DNA from: Blastocystis sp. Blastoise
Lineage: Eukaryota; Protista; Bigyra: Opalinata
Direction: 5' to 3'
Assembly: GCA_039096225.1 (NCBI GenBank)
Contig: JBBPEB010000033.1
Span: forward strand, 682,001-746,000
Length of the DNA: 64,000 bases
The translations under genes and the position numbers were made by a program. Every line of letters begins with the position of its first letter. Positions within the stretch are counted from its first letter, which is position 1. Under the pieces are notes generated by a model that had not been told where the DNA came from, searched no databases, and was given only the letters and a program-made list of their open reading frames with translations. Below, in pieces: positions 1 through 18,742 of this stretch.

Positions 1-1725
1 ATACTGTTTTGGCCGTTGTTGAAAATTAAACACTATATTTTTCTATATATTAATGCTTTTGATATTTATTTTTTTCAAAAATAATACTATATACCAAATC
101 AATTACACTCTTTATATGTATCTATTTTGATTATTTATCTCTTTTATTTCTCATTTCGTCTCTTTTTTGAAAAATTAAAGAATTTAAAAAATATGTATTT
201 ATTTATTACTTCTGGGATTTATTTGAATATTTTATGTGTTTTGTATAAATCACTTCATATAATTAGTGACTCTTTTTTGTATAACAAGTATTATTAATTT
301 AAAGGATTCATGTTTATTTGTAAAACCATTATTAAACAATTAATCAAATATCATAGTTATTTTATAGTGGTTCTAGTTTACTCATTTACATTCTTCAAAT
401 TATATAGAATAAAAATTGATTTCATAAATTGAAATCTCAATATATCTGAGCTAGAATCAATCAACACTTTCATATTTTCTACCAATTGTCATGATTGTGC
501 ATAAATATTTTCATTTTATTATTTTTTTTGCTTAGCTCATAATAGCAACAACGGCAAACTATTTAATAATTTAATATAATCCATTTTACAAAAAAGTGAG
601 TGACTTCAGATTCACTTTCGAATACAGAAAGCCTATCAATAAAATTTATAAAATATAGGTTACTTTATAAATAATGAAAAGTATGAATAGTTGTTAAACA
701 TCAAGTAATCCAACATTAATTCTAACAAACAAGAAAAGAAGCCTGTTTTTAGGGTAGAGGCGATCATTCCAGTGTCAACCAGAAAAGATTCCTATTTTTA
801 AAAGTAAAGTCCATTCATTTTTGTTGACATCTGTATATCAAACATTAGGGCCCCTTAAAAAAGATTTATCATTCGTTTTTTTATTGACAGATGGGGGAAA
901 CAATCGAGAAACAACAGATACAATTGAAAACCATGATTATTTCCGGATATCATTATAAAACCATTAAAAAAGGCTCTTTTAGCAGACTTTGTCCTTTCTA
1001 TAGGGTTGTAGACACAAAATATAAACCATAAAATTTAAATCTAATATATATATTCTGTTTTTTTTTATTCTATTGACTGCTGTAGTTATATAAACTTTAT
1101 AAGATTCTTGTTACATAATACTTGACAAATCTGTTTTTAACATGAAATATATTTACACAAAAAACTGTATTTTGAATAAATAGTTCATTCAATAAAAAAG
1201 TTGTGTGTATCTCATATTTCAATAACCATGTAGTACTGAGATAATAGTCGTTAATATGTTTTTTTAAATAATCGTCCACCGTTTCAGCAGAAAAGATTTT
1301 TTAAATGTCAACTTCCATGAGAATAACTTAAATTGCTGCAGATATAAAAGAATAACCGAAAACATTCGCTAAAAATGGGCCGATTCAGATTCCTTACATG
1401 TCCCTATTATTTAAATACAATATATATATCCTAATGTTAAGCAAAACACGAAGAAGCCAATAGTTTTTGATCTGGAACATTCTACACAAATACCTTACTC
1501 CGCTATTCTTCGAGAAAAAGCGGTATTTAGGCATAAAAAATGGATCTTAATGAAAGGTTGATAGAAGTTAAAGTGTTTAACTTATCATGTGATTCATCTG
1601 ACCTTTTTTATAAACCAATGAAAAATGGTTGAAAGACAAGATATTCTGACTTGCTCTTCATATTTCTTCTAGAGATATCTTTTAGAAAGAATTCATTTTT
1701 ATTTTATTTTTATAGATAATAGACG

Positions 1726-4700
1726 ATGAAATCATTCATTGTTTGCTTATTTATTGCTTTGGGTATTTAATTATAGTTATGTATTATAAGTATATACTAA
1801 TCATTTTTTATATAGCTGTTGCCCAAACATGTACATCTCCCAAGATGACCGTAAACCTTAGAAGAACTTACAAGGGTTCTGCTACTCAAGAAGGTATTCA
1901 AATCTGGCAAGGTAATTACCAAACTGGTACTTTAATTGGTGAATGGGATGGTAATGGAAAGGATAATACTATTCAAACTTATTCTCTTTGCTTATCTTCT
2001 ACTTTACATACTGTTGTTGCTACTGATGGGTATATATTTTTATTTATACAATTATTTAATAATATTTTTTTTTATTTAAATAAATTTTATCAATTTTTTT
2101 TATTTAGTGCTAAGGATGGTTGGACTGATGGTTCTATTTTTGAAATTGTTACTAGATCTGGTGTTGTTATTCTTAAGGGTACACTTGATAACTATCAACA
2201 AAAATTATTCACTTTCTATCCTGCTTTTACTATAAAATCTACTGATTCTTGGAAATATTCTGCTGTCGCTCAAAGTGGTAATCAATGGACTGCTGCTGGT
2301 TTTGCTGATTCTACTTGGACTTCTTATGCTCCTGGTGCTTTCCCTGAAGTTTCTTCTATTACTAGATATTTCCGTGCTACTGCTAGTGTTCCTTCTAATA
2401 AGAATAGTTTTGCTATTGTAGATTGTGGTGCTTTTACTAAAGATGGTGTTGCTATTTATATTAATGGTCAAGAAGTATATCGTCGTAATATTCCTACTGG
2501 TGCTTCTGGTAGTACTCCTGCTACTACTGTTGATGCTAATGCTGCTTATAGACGTGTTACTGTTCCAGTTACTTCTTCTTTCCTTTCTGGTTCTACTGTT
2601 ACTATGGCTGTTGAAGTTCATGGTGCTTCTGCTACTCCTGTTGCTGAAGATTTCATGGGTATTTTAATCTTTGTTTATGGTCCTACTGTTTCTCGTAATG
2701 TTGATTATACTGCTAATGCTGAAAGACCTGCTGATTATGGTCCAGAACCTGTTTCTCAAGCTTTTGATGGTGATATTCAAACTAAATGGTATGCTGCTTC
2801 TCTTCCTATTTGGGGTGAAATGCAATTTAATAATGGTAGAAGAGAATGGGTTAATAGATATGTTTTAACTGTTGGTAATTATGATGTTAATCGTAGACCT
2901 ACTTCCTGGAAAATCTTTGGTTCTAATGATGGTACCAATTATGATCTTCTTGATGCTAGATCAAATAACAATTGGGAAGGTTGGAGACTTGGTGTTACTT
3001 TTGAAATGAACACTAATCAAAAATCTTATAATATTTATAGAATTCAAATTTTAACTACTGGTGGTGCTAATTTTGAACTTGGTGATATTGAATTCTATGC
3101 TACTACTAATGCTTATGAAACTCCTTCTCTTTCTTATGGTACTACTACTGTTAGTCTTATTGCTAATATGGATAGTAAACAATTAACTCCTACTCAAAAT
3201 GGTTTCCAAAACTTTGTTATTAACCCTGCTCTTCCTGCTGATGTAGGTGCTACTTTTGATCCTGTTACTGGTGCTGTTACTCTTATTCCTACTGCTGTTA
3301 TTACTGCTGCTCAATATCAAATTACTGCTTCTCATGCTGTTACTGGACAAAGTTATACTACTACTCTTTTAATTAGTGCTACTCTTTGTTCTACTCCTAA
3401 TATTCGTTTCAATATTTATCAACGTGTTGGTAAGAGTGGTACTGCTTCTGGTGAAGCTGAAACTGTTTCTGTCTTAAATTCTGCTGGTACTCAAATTTTC
3501 ACTTATTCGCTTAGACCTACTGATTATTCTACTTATAACTCTAAGACTCACCAATTCTGTCAAGCACCTGGTATTTATACTTTTAAATTAACTGCTGCTT
3601 CTTCTGCTGGTTTCTCTACTACTTCTTATGTTTCTGTTGATATCTTCAGAGTTGATGGTTCTAAATTAGTTGCTTCTAGAAGAAATCTTCTTAATAAGAG
3701 TACTGATTCTTTCAAGATGGATATTTCTTTCAATTTACCTACAAATACTAAGATTTTAACTGGCGTTACTTCTATTCCTGCTGGTTGGAATACTCTTTCT
3801 TTTGCTGATTCTACTTGGGCTACTTATGTTAGTGAACCTGCTATGACTTCTACTAGTAGAATTGTTCTTGTTAGAAGTACTTTTACTGTTACTCCTGCCG
3901 CTGATACTCAAGGTTGGGAACTTAATTATAGAACTAATGCTGGTACTATTGTTTATTTAGATGGTACAGAACTTATTCGTTTCCAAACTACTGAACCTGC
4001 TGGTACTGCTGTTACTACTGCTTCTACTGCTACTGCTGGTGATGCTACTTATGCTTGGAGAACTTTAACTGGTGTTATGTCTCAATTAACTGCTGGTTCT
4101 CATGTTTTCAGTATTGCTATGATTGCTAAATCTAGTTCTTTTGCTACTGATCCTATTAGTTACAATGCTTTCCTTCGTTTAATGACTGATTCTAGTACTA
4201 ATGCTAGAACTTGGAATATGGGTTCTCAACAATCTTCTTATGTTTGGGATGATGCTAAAGCTGACAAATTATTTGATTCTAACTATAACAGTCGTTTTGC
4301 TGCTTATTTTAATGCTGCTAATCCTGCTCCTCAATGGGGTGCTGGTAATCTTTGGAGTTGGTCTTTTGAAGTATTTAATAAATATTGCATTGTAAGTGGT
4401 TGGGATGCTCCTCAACATGATCCTAAGAAGATTACTCTTTCTGGTTCTGCTGGTGGTTGGGAAGATGCTGATTTTGAACTTCTCGATACTCAAGAAAATA
4501 TTGTTTTTGATGGAAGATCTCAACGTATTTGTTTCTATATGCCTACTGTTACTAAAGCTTATAATATATTTAAGATTTCTGCTCTTGAAACTAATGTTGC
4601 TCCTCCTGATAATGATAAATTTATTCTTGCTGAATTAGAATTCTATTTAATTGATTTCAATAAACTTACTATTCCTCCTCTTGCTTATTCCTCTACTTCT

Positions 4701-6755
4701 GTTACTGGTTATACTAATTCTCAAATTACTTCTTTATATCCTTCTTCTGAATATTATAGACAATTTACTATTTCTCCTGCTCTTCCTGCTGGTATAACTC
4801 TTTCTGCTTCTACTGGTACTATCTCTGGTACTCCTACTGCTCCTTCTTCTGGTACTTATACTATTTCTGCTACTGGTATTACTGGTACTGCTACTACTGT
4901 TAGTGTTACTATTACTATTCAAAATTGTTCTTTACCTAATGTTTTCTTTAAGGTAGTTTTCACTGGTATGGATGATGGTAATGCTTATCAAAATAGTTTC
5001 TCTCTTAATAATATGGCTGGACAAGTTGTTGATAAACTAGATGCTTTCCCTAATTATTTACTTACTGGTTTAACTCGTGGTTATTGTCAACCTTCTGGTG
5101 CTTATTCTCTTATTTTAAAGGATGCTTTCAGAGATGGTTGGGGTAATGCTAAAGTTACTGTATATGGTTCTGATGAAAGTGTTATTCTTCAAGATACTCT
5201 TCTTTCTGGTGAATCTCCTAAGACTTTATATATTAATGTTGGTTATTTAGTTGCTTTTGGTCAAAGTTCTTGGAAATATACTTCTACTGTTCAAGCTGGT
5301 ACTGCTTGGGCTGCTACTACTTTTAGTGATGCTACTTGGTCTACTGCTCAAGCTGGTTCTTTCACTGGTTTAACTGGTACTACTGTTTATTATAGAACTA
5401 CTTTTACTGTTAATAATCTTGAACAATTCTCTCTTTATGAATTATCTCTTAAGGTTAAGGCTGGTATTATTGCTTATATTAATGGTAAAGAAGTTTATAG
5501 ATATGCTGTTCCTACTACTGGTGTTACTTCATCTACTTTAGCTACTAGTGAATTTGCTGAAGTTACTGTTGTTACTTCTTCTGAGTCTGCTCAATATAGT
5601 AGTTTAGTTTCTGGACAAAATGTTTTAGCTGTTGAAATTCATAGATATGGTCCTTCTCAAGAAACTACTTTTGATGCTCAAGTTGTTCTTCAATTAACTG
5701 GTGCTAACAGAGTTTCTGGTGGTACTGTTAAAACTAATGTTCCTGGTTTAAATACTGATCAATGGCATGAAACTGAAGATAAGGCTTTTGATCGTAATAT
5801 GGATACTAAATATTATGCTCAAGGTTGTGGTCAAACTATTTGGTTAGAATATATTTATAATTATAATCGTAAAGAATATGTTTCTTCTGTTGCTGTTTCT
5901 CGTGCTAACAATTGGAATCGTAAACCTACTGCTTTCATTTTATCTGCTTCTAATGATGGTATTAACTATGTTACTCTTACTGGTGATTTCAATATGACTT
6001 TTGGTGATTATAAATCTGCTGCTGGTACTAAAACTTATGATTTCTTTAATAAGGTTGCTTATAATAGATATAGATTTACTTTTGATACACGTGCTTGTTC
6101 TGAAGGTTTAGAAATTTCTGAATTAGCTCTTACTTCTAAGAGAATTGGTACTACTTGTCCTGCTGAAGGTACTTATACTGAAACTCTTTCTGGTGGTTAT
6201 GCTTGGAAACAATGTGGTAATTATTATTATGGTTCTATTGTTCGTCCTTGTACTAATGGTGTTTGGGGAACTGAACAAAGACAATGTGAAGTTGTTGAAC
6301 CTCGTGCTTTCAATTATACTGCTAAATCTTATGTTTTCAGAACTAAGAGAAATAATGCTACTCCTGTTCCTTATTATGAAGCTGCTGAAGCTAATTTCAC
6401 TATTGTTCCTGCTCTTCCTGCTGGCTTATCTATTAATGTAAATAATGGTATTATTAGTGGTTCTCCTCAAGCTGATTTTGCTGAAAAGGATTTCGTTGTT
6501 ACTCTTGCTAATATTAAGGGTACTAAGACTTATACTATTACTCTCAGTTCTATTGCTGCTGGTGGTATTGAAGGATGGGGAGTTGCTCTTATTGTTATCG
6601 CTTGTATTGTTATTGTTATCTTCATTGCCTTTGTTGTTTTCATTGTTCTTAATAGACGTAAGGGTGCTAAGAGAGGTAATCATAAGGCTATGAAGGCTGG
6701 TACTAAGAATACTACCCCTCAAGCTAAGGCTGGTGATAAGAAAGTTAGAATTTAA
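1726..6755 (+). CDS. Giant type I membrane surface protein (~1640 aa): signal peptide, 3 tandem modules (DGW domain + WKY beta-sandwich + F5/8C discoidin-like + He_PIG Ig-like), Cys-rich linker, TM, basic tail
   Basis: ATG 1726 gives MKSFIVCLFIALAVAQ after intron 1763-1815; second intron 2030-2107. Motifs: AFDGDIQTKW / LFDSNYNSRF / AFDRNMDTKY (discoidin-like), ISPALPAGITLSASTGTISGTP (He_PIG-like), TM GVALIVIACIVIVIFIAFVVFIVL followed by NRRKGAKR. Confidence 0.9.
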
Positions 6756-7196
6756 ATGAAATAAATTTTCTTTTTTTAATAAACAATTTAATAATTATAT
6801 TTTTATTTTTAAATTTAATTTGTTAAATCTCTTTCATTGCTTTTATTTTTAATTATACATTGGATTCACTTTTTTTTTGTAATATAAAATATGGTATTTA
6901 ATTTTCATGGTTTGTTCTTTTATCTATATTGTATATAGAAATTGCTTAAACAAAAAATCTACATTCTAATTTGAAATAAATAACACATTTTTTTTTTGGA
7001 TAGTTCAAAAGTGGTTTTTAATTTATAAGATATGACAAGAAAAAATTTTTTAAAAGAAAAATTAAAACAAATACATAAAAATAAGATAATTAATTATATA
7101 AAAAGTTATTTTTAAAAGAAAAATTAAAACAGATACATAAAAATATATGATAATTAATTATATAAATTAAATATATATTATAATCAAAATGATCTA

Positions 7197-12037
<4,841 letters not shown>

Positions 12038-12759
12038 TTATTCTTATAATGCAAATATCTAGATAAGTATAACTTAGTAACTCTGTTACAGTTTATTAAT
12101 ATAGATTTAATAATAAACGATAAATAATATATCCTCTATATACTTAAAAAATCTAAATTGAAACAAAGATGAACAATCCGTATCTCCCCACGGTTATTCA
12201 AAAAATTGAATTCTGTTTTCTATGTTGATATTCTCTGTTTACAAGGATTAATACATATAAATATATTTACGTATCGGTTATTAAACTAGTATCAAGTAGA
12301 TTCATGGATACATTGTTTTTTAACATAAATATATATGTATATATTCAAATATAATATCTTTAACCTAACGTTTTAAAACATAAATATCAATGAACAATAT
12401 TATGGCACTTAGCTGGACAAGTATTTAAAGTGATCTCGATAATTCTATTTTAAAAACTTATACCTAATTATTGTCAATTCTTAATATTCTTAATATTTCT
12501 ATAATGCAATACACTTATATAACCTAAACATTGTATATTTATTCTATATAAAATATTTAAATATAAAAAAACAAAAAATGATCCATTATGCTCAAATGAA
12601 AATGATCAGGAATACTTTTGTTTTTCTCACTGTATCAATGAAAATAATCATTAAAAATAGAGTGTAGAATTTTGTTTTCGAATATATCATTATTAAGTTT
12701 TTGGTACTCTATTTGATATATAGATTCATTATATTATCTTACAAATACGCAAGTCAATC

Positions 12760-13143
12760 ATGCTTCGTTGGCAAAAGTTTTTATCCTTTTTTATGCTTCT
12801 CCTCACAGGATATCTCTTCTTCATTTATTTTGGAAACTTCAAAGATTTAAATAGAAATGGACAATTATTATTCTTATGGTCTCCTTTTATTCTTCTTGTT
12901 CTCTATGGTTGCTATGCACTATTCGTGATTCTTAAAAATGTTATCAATTTAAGAAATTATCCAAGCGAAAGTGTTTCTTTGAATTCTGTATGTATTTAAC
13001 TCTTAGCGTTGAATAGACTTATTCACTATTGATTTTCTGCATTTATATAGGATATTGCAGAAGCAAAACAGTATTTAAAGAGACAAGGATTCAAATTTGA
13101 TTCTGATGTCAACGATCAAACTCGTCTTATGGTTGATAATTAA
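12760..13143 (+). CDS. DPM3: Dolichol-phosphate mannosyltransferase subunit 3
   Basis: Two TM segments, PFILLVLYGCYAL, intron 12988-13050, then DIAEAKQYLKRQGFKF coiled-coil tail typical of DPM3. Confidence 0.85.
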
Positions 13144-13881
13144 TATTTCCTATATCTTTTATTTTCATTTTTAGTATTTTATTTTAATAATCAACTTGGT
13201 ATTTCTTCTAATTCTTTTTTTTCCATTCTATCTTTATATATTTTTTTGGTTTTGTTTTGATATTTAGTTCTCGCGGTAATCACTTCTACATAAACAATAT
13301 TTGAAGAAATAATCTCATTTTTAAAACTAAATTATTGACAAAATGAAATTTTACGGAAAATTAATCCTTTGAAGACACATAAAGTTTCAAAAAAAAATCT
13401 CTAGAATCAATATGGATCTGCATATTGAGTTTTTTTCTTTTTCACAGACAAATTATAATTTTCTAGCTTTGCAAAACTTCTTGTCTAACGTTTATCTAAT
13501 TAGGTATTAATTGATTTATTCTATTTAATAAATTGTGATATAAAAGAATTCAAAATCAAAAGAAAAGCTTTGAAAGAAGCGAATAAACTCTCAACATTAT
13601 TTTTACTGAAAGAATGAAGCCAGTAATAAATATAGAAGAGTTTGTTCTTTAAAGAGAATGATAGCCATCAAATACAATGTGTATATTGATATAATGGAGA
13701 AACTAATGTCCATTATGAAGAAGAAAAAGAGAAATGTATGGTTACAAACAAACATAAAGCAAACAGTTTTGTTTTCTCATTTTTTTCGGAGAAGTTTGTT
13801 TTTTTCATTTGGAGAGATATAAATCATTGATAAATTATCAATAAATAAAATTAATTATTATTTTCAATACAGTTACAATTC

Positions 13882-15471
13882 ATGAGTGATACTAAAGTTG
13901 ATAATGATAATGAAGAAGTGAAAGATAAGATTACTATTGAAACTATGGTGGAGAATATGCAAACTGATGATAGGGAAGTATCTCTACATTCTAGTGATAT
14001 TCCTAAGAAGACTCGTAGTACTCGTGGTGTTACATCAAGAGCTCAGAAGAATATTTTATTGATGAGTATTGGTTTTTCTTTATCATTATTAGGTATTAAG
14101 ATTACATTGAATTTTGCTGTACCTCTTCTTGGTAATCTTGGTTCTATTTGTTTAGCACTTTTATATTTTGGTTCTGCATTAGTCAGTTTTGTTATTCCAA
14201 TTTGTCTTTCATGGTTTAAGGATGAACGTCAAACAATTATCATTTTAGCTTTCGAATATGGTATTTATACGTTACTTTTTTCCTATATTATTCCTGGATT
14301 ATGTGTTTTCATGAGTATTGTTCATGGTTTCGTAGCTGGTATCTTTTGGGCTGCTGAAAGTATTTATTTAAATGCAAATTCAACCGATGAAAATAGAGGT
14401 AAGAATGCAGGTAATTTCTGGGGTGTTTATATGTTAGGAAGTGTAATTGGTAATCTTGGTGCATATTTTTTATTTCAAGCTATTGGTAATCCTTCTGGAG
14501 AAGCTAGTAGTGGATGGAATGGTGCTACTTCATGGCTATTCTTAGGTTTAGGTTGTATTTCTATAATAGGAACACTTCCATTATTCTTTTTAACTCAACC
14601 TGTTTATCATGCCGAAGATTCACGTCCTAAAATAGTATCTCTTTGGACACGTATAAGTCAAGTATCTTCTTTAATCTGTACAGCTAAAATGGCTTTAATT
14701 GTTCCTTTATTATGGTATGTTGGTTATGAATATGTTTTTGTATCTTCAATGGTTACTCGTCAGATACCTGATGCTTCTTCTATTGGCTTATATATGGCTT
14801 TTAGTAATATCTTAGCAGCTGGAAGTTCATTTGTTGTAGGTCCTTTAGCTGATAAAGTAGGATATAGTTTTATTACTTTATTAGGTACTTTATTTGAAAT
14901 TTGTGGATTAATTCTTACTTATTATGCAAATATTAATCAAAATGGAATGTGGTATATAGTTGTTGCTTTTTTCTCTTTATCGGATTCTTGTTATGAAACA
15001 GTAGTTCCTATTGTTATTGGTAAATATTTTGAAGATCAACGTACTGCAAATAGTGCTTTTCGTTTACTTCAAAATCTTGGAGGAGGGGTCTGCTATATAC
15101 TGGCTCCTTTATTTAAAAATGGAGATTCCCGCGGTTCTACTCAAGATCAACTATTATGGGAACTTATTATTTGTGGTAGTCAATCTATAATAGTATATAT
15201 TTGCTATGTATTATTCAATTCTGTATATGAAAATAAACGAAAATTAAGAAAAACTAATATTACTCCTGTTCTTATTCCTGCACATATTGAAGGAAAATTA
15301 CCTTCTAAAATATTTACTGATAAAGATATTGATATTATTACAAAAAAATATAAAGATATAAATATTCCAAAACCTGATGATGTGAAACACATTGAAATTA
15401 ATAATTCTAAAGATATTAAAGAAAATATTTCCAATGATATTACTGATTCTAATAATAGAAGTGAAGTGTAA
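13882..15471 (+). CDS. UNC-93-like MFS membrane protein, intronless
   Basis: 529-aa ORF with ~12 TM segments; IFWAAESIYL..RGKNAGNFWGVY..IGNL matches the UNC-93/MFSD11 pattern. Confidence 0.85.
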   Translation: MSDTKVDNDNEEVKDKITIETMVENMQTDDREVSLHSSDIPKKTRSTRGVTSRAQKNILLMSIGFSLSLLGIKITLNFAVPLLGNLGSICLALLYFGSALVSFVIPICLSWFKDERQTIIILAFEYGIYTLLFSYIIPGLCVFMSIVHGFVAGIFWAAESIYLNANSTDENRGKNAGNFWGVYMLGSVIGNLGAYFLFQAIGNPSGEASSGWNGATSWLFLGLGCISIIGTLPLFFLTQPVYHAEDSRPKIVSLWTRISQVSSLICTAKMALIVPLLWYVGYEYVFVSSMVTRQIPDASSIGLYMAFSNILAAGSSFVVGPLADKVGYSFITLLGTLFEICGLILTYYANINQNGMWYIVVAFFSLSDSCYETVVPIVIGKYFEDQRTANSAFRLLQNLGGGVCYILAPLFKNGDSRGSTQDQLLWELIICGSQSIIVYICYVLFNSVYENKRKLRKTNITPVLIPAHIEGKLPSKIFTDKDIDIITKKYKDINIPKPDDVKHIEINNSKDIKENISNDITDSNNRSEV

Positions 15472-15575
15472 CGTTTTTCTTTTTTTTTTTTAAGAATTAT
15501 ATACTTTACTTTATCTAAATTTATGAATCATACTTTTCTTCCTTATTTTAAAAAATTATTTATCTTTAAATTTTC

Positions 15576-15612
<37 letters not shown>

Positions 15613-16190
15613 TAGTATTTTAGTGTTTTATTGTTTTTAAGTAATCTTTATTTTATTTTGGTTTTTTCTTATATTTATTTGTTCATATAAAATATATTTC
15701 AATATATCTTACAATAGTATTTATTTTTATTAATTTTCTTCTTATGATATCAATTCTATATATATATATATGTATTTCTTTTCCATTTAACGCTGTAATC
15801 ACTGTGTTGTAGTTCTTACATTGATTATAAAATATAATTCATAAGTAGATTCAAATAAACATAATAGGAAAACATTATTATTATTATTATTTTAAATTAA
15901 AATATGTTAAAAAAAAACAAAGATCATTTCCAAAGAATAATATTGTTACTCAATTAAAAAGAGTTTCCCTGTTTCTTGGGAGAAAAAGAACAAAGATCGA
16001 GAAATGATTCGTTGCCTTATTTTTTCATGCAGATCATTGGTTGAACCAAAATAAATATCCAACAAAAAAAATTGACGGTTCTATGATTTGAGTAGTGTAG
16101 CTAAAGAGAATAAAAACAAAACAAAAAATGAGATGAACATTTTGTGATTCACTTTAAGATTTGCATTTTTTTATAATATTTTTTTTGTAA

Positions 16191-18742
16191 ATGTCAGAGG
16201 AAACTATTAAAGACAATCCTAAGGGAATGAATGATAATACAAAGTTGGAGAATAAACCAAATGATCAAAATGATATAGTGATGACTCCAGTCCAACCATC
16301 TGTTCCAATTATTGTAGCGTCTTTAAATGAAACAAAAACACCAAAAATAGTTCAAAAGGACGATATCGTTCCAGTTTCTGATTCTAAACGAGTGAAAGAT
16401 CCAAATATGTGTAGTGTTATTACTCTCAGTATTGGAATTGCCTTTGTGTTTTTCGGTATCTTGTCTTTATGTAATTATTTAATTTTTTTCAGGTTTTAAT
16501 ACAGCTCAAAATTTCGCATCTTCTATTTTGGGTATATATATTTTTATTATGGAATTTATTTTATAAAAATAACTTAAAAACAAAAAAATAAATAGGCGAC
16601 CTTGGTACGATATCTATGGCAATTGTTTATCTTGTGAATTCATTATGTAATTTTATTGTACCTTCTGTTGTTGATTTGTTTCCTTCTGAGAGAAAAGCAA
16701 TGGCATGGTTTGGATTAGAATATTTGTATTTTTTATTGTTATTCATAATATAGTTCATCTTTTTTTCTTATCATAACAACTTTAATCGATTTTATTTATA
16801 TAGTGTATATATCGCTACATTTATATATTTAATTCCAATTGTATCTGTTTTATGGAGTGCACTTCATGGATTCACATCATCAGTACCTATTTATTATATT
16901 TATTATATTTATTATTATTATTTTTATTATTTTATTATATTATTATTTTTTTAAATTCTATTTTTAATAGGTTTTGTGTGCTGTACAAGGAATAGTATTA
17001 CAGTCTTATTCTACAGATTCAGATCGTGGTAAAAAATCAGGAATATTCTTTAGCATCTATATGGCCGGTAGTATATCCTTTATTATTATAATAATATTTA
17101 TATTATTATATTTATTATTATAATACTTTTTATACTTTTATTATTAATATTATTTTTTTTTTTAATAAATTTTTTATTATTATTATTTTCTTAATTATTG
17201 ACGCTTTGGGTAATATTATGGCCTATTTCTTATTGGATCTTGTTAATGCTGTATATATATTATATATATTCATTTTCATTCTTATATATATAAATGTATA
17301 TAAATAATTCTATTTAATATATATATATATTTATAGGATAGTGATCAAGCTAAAGAAGGATGGACAGGTGTAACGTCTATCTTATTTATAGTACTCTCAA
17401 GTATATATATATATATATATATAAACCAAAAATTAGTATTAATTATATATATATATATATAGTTGCTTGTTTCATTGGAGATATGATTATTCATTCTTTA
17501 AAAGCACCTATCTTTCCATCTGTTATTTCAAATATACATACTGAAAAGAAAAGTAAGAAAACCGTGGGAAAACGTATTTGTGATATTTGGAATTTAATTA
17601 TTTCTCCAAAAATGAGACTACTTTTATTTATGTATTTAAATGATGGTTATGCAAATATTACATTATGTAGTCAAATTACTCGTCAAATAAAAGATACAAA
17701 ATATGTTGGAATTTTTATGTGTATCTTTAGTATATGTGATGTTTTATTTAGTAATATATGTGGGCGATTAAGTGATAAATATGGACATAAACTTATACTT
17801 AGTCTTTCTATGATCTCTCAAGTATATATAATACTATTATTATATTTATAATTAAATATATTTATTAATATATTTAATTATATATTTATTAATATATTTA
17901 ATTACATCTTTAAATTTATCATTATTATAAAGTTAATATCAGTGAACAGTCTTTATATACTCTTCTTCTATAGGTAATAGGATTATTATTAGGGTATATA
18001 GGTAATTATTTTGATATACTACCTTTGATGTATTTATGTTCTGTTTTCTTTGCTCTTCAAGATGGTGCACTTCAAACTGAAGTATATTATTAATAATTAT
18101 ATTATACTATTATTCTTATGTTGTATTCTTATCTTTATATTATATTATTATTTTATATTATTATTCTTGTTTTATTATAATATATGATATAATTATAATA
18201 GATAAACTAATTCTAATTATATATAGTGTTTGAATGTAACAGGCGAATTCTTTAAAAGCCAAAGAGATGAAGCAAATTGTATTTTTAGAATGGTATATAT
18301 ATATAATATTATTTATTATATATTGATTTTTAACATATCCACATAATTTTTTTTATAAATTCATTATTATTAAAGAATAAGTATAATAATAATTATATAT
18401 ATATATATATATAGTTCCAATGTTTAGGAGGTGGATTATGTTTTATTATAAGTCCATTATTTGTAGTTAATGGTGAAAAATCTGCTTCAAATACAATGGT
18501 ATATATATATTATATATATACTTATTATTATACATATTATTATTTTATATAATATTATTATACCTATATTATTATGCAAATAAAAATCCTATTCAATTGA
18601 TAAATATTTATATATATAGTTCCTTATTGAATTATGTTTATCATTCTTTGTATGTATACTTGGATATATATTCTATTTATTATTTGATTGCCATATAAAA
18701 CACCAACTTTTACATACAAGAAATATCAAAAATGAAATTTAA
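16191..18742 (+). CDS. UNC-93-like MFS paralog, 11 introns including one U12 AT-AC
   Basis: Spliced product FGFNTAQNF..LGTISMAIVY..RGKKSGIFFSIYMAGSALGN..GRLSDKYG..ANCIFRMFQCLGGG is colinear with the upstream paralog. Confidence 0.85.
17073..17202 (+). other. U12-type (minor spliceosome) AT-AC intron
   Basis: 5' ATATCCTTT, branch-like TTTTCTTAAT at 17186-17195, 3' AC. Removal gives MAGS|ALGN, matching paralog MLGSVIGN. No AG acceptor is available. Confidence 0.9.

Noticed and set aside
1743-2107. ORF-track N-terminus MLIYCFG.. and the YIFLFIQ..FLFS segment
   Set aside because: Read-through of introns 1763-1815 and 2030-2107 (78 nt, stop-free); the real start at 1726 gives a clean signal peptide.
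2205-6722. Overlapping Leu-rich and antisense Ser-rich ORFs in the surface gene
   Set aside because: Shadow frames caused by the extreme T-ending codon bias.
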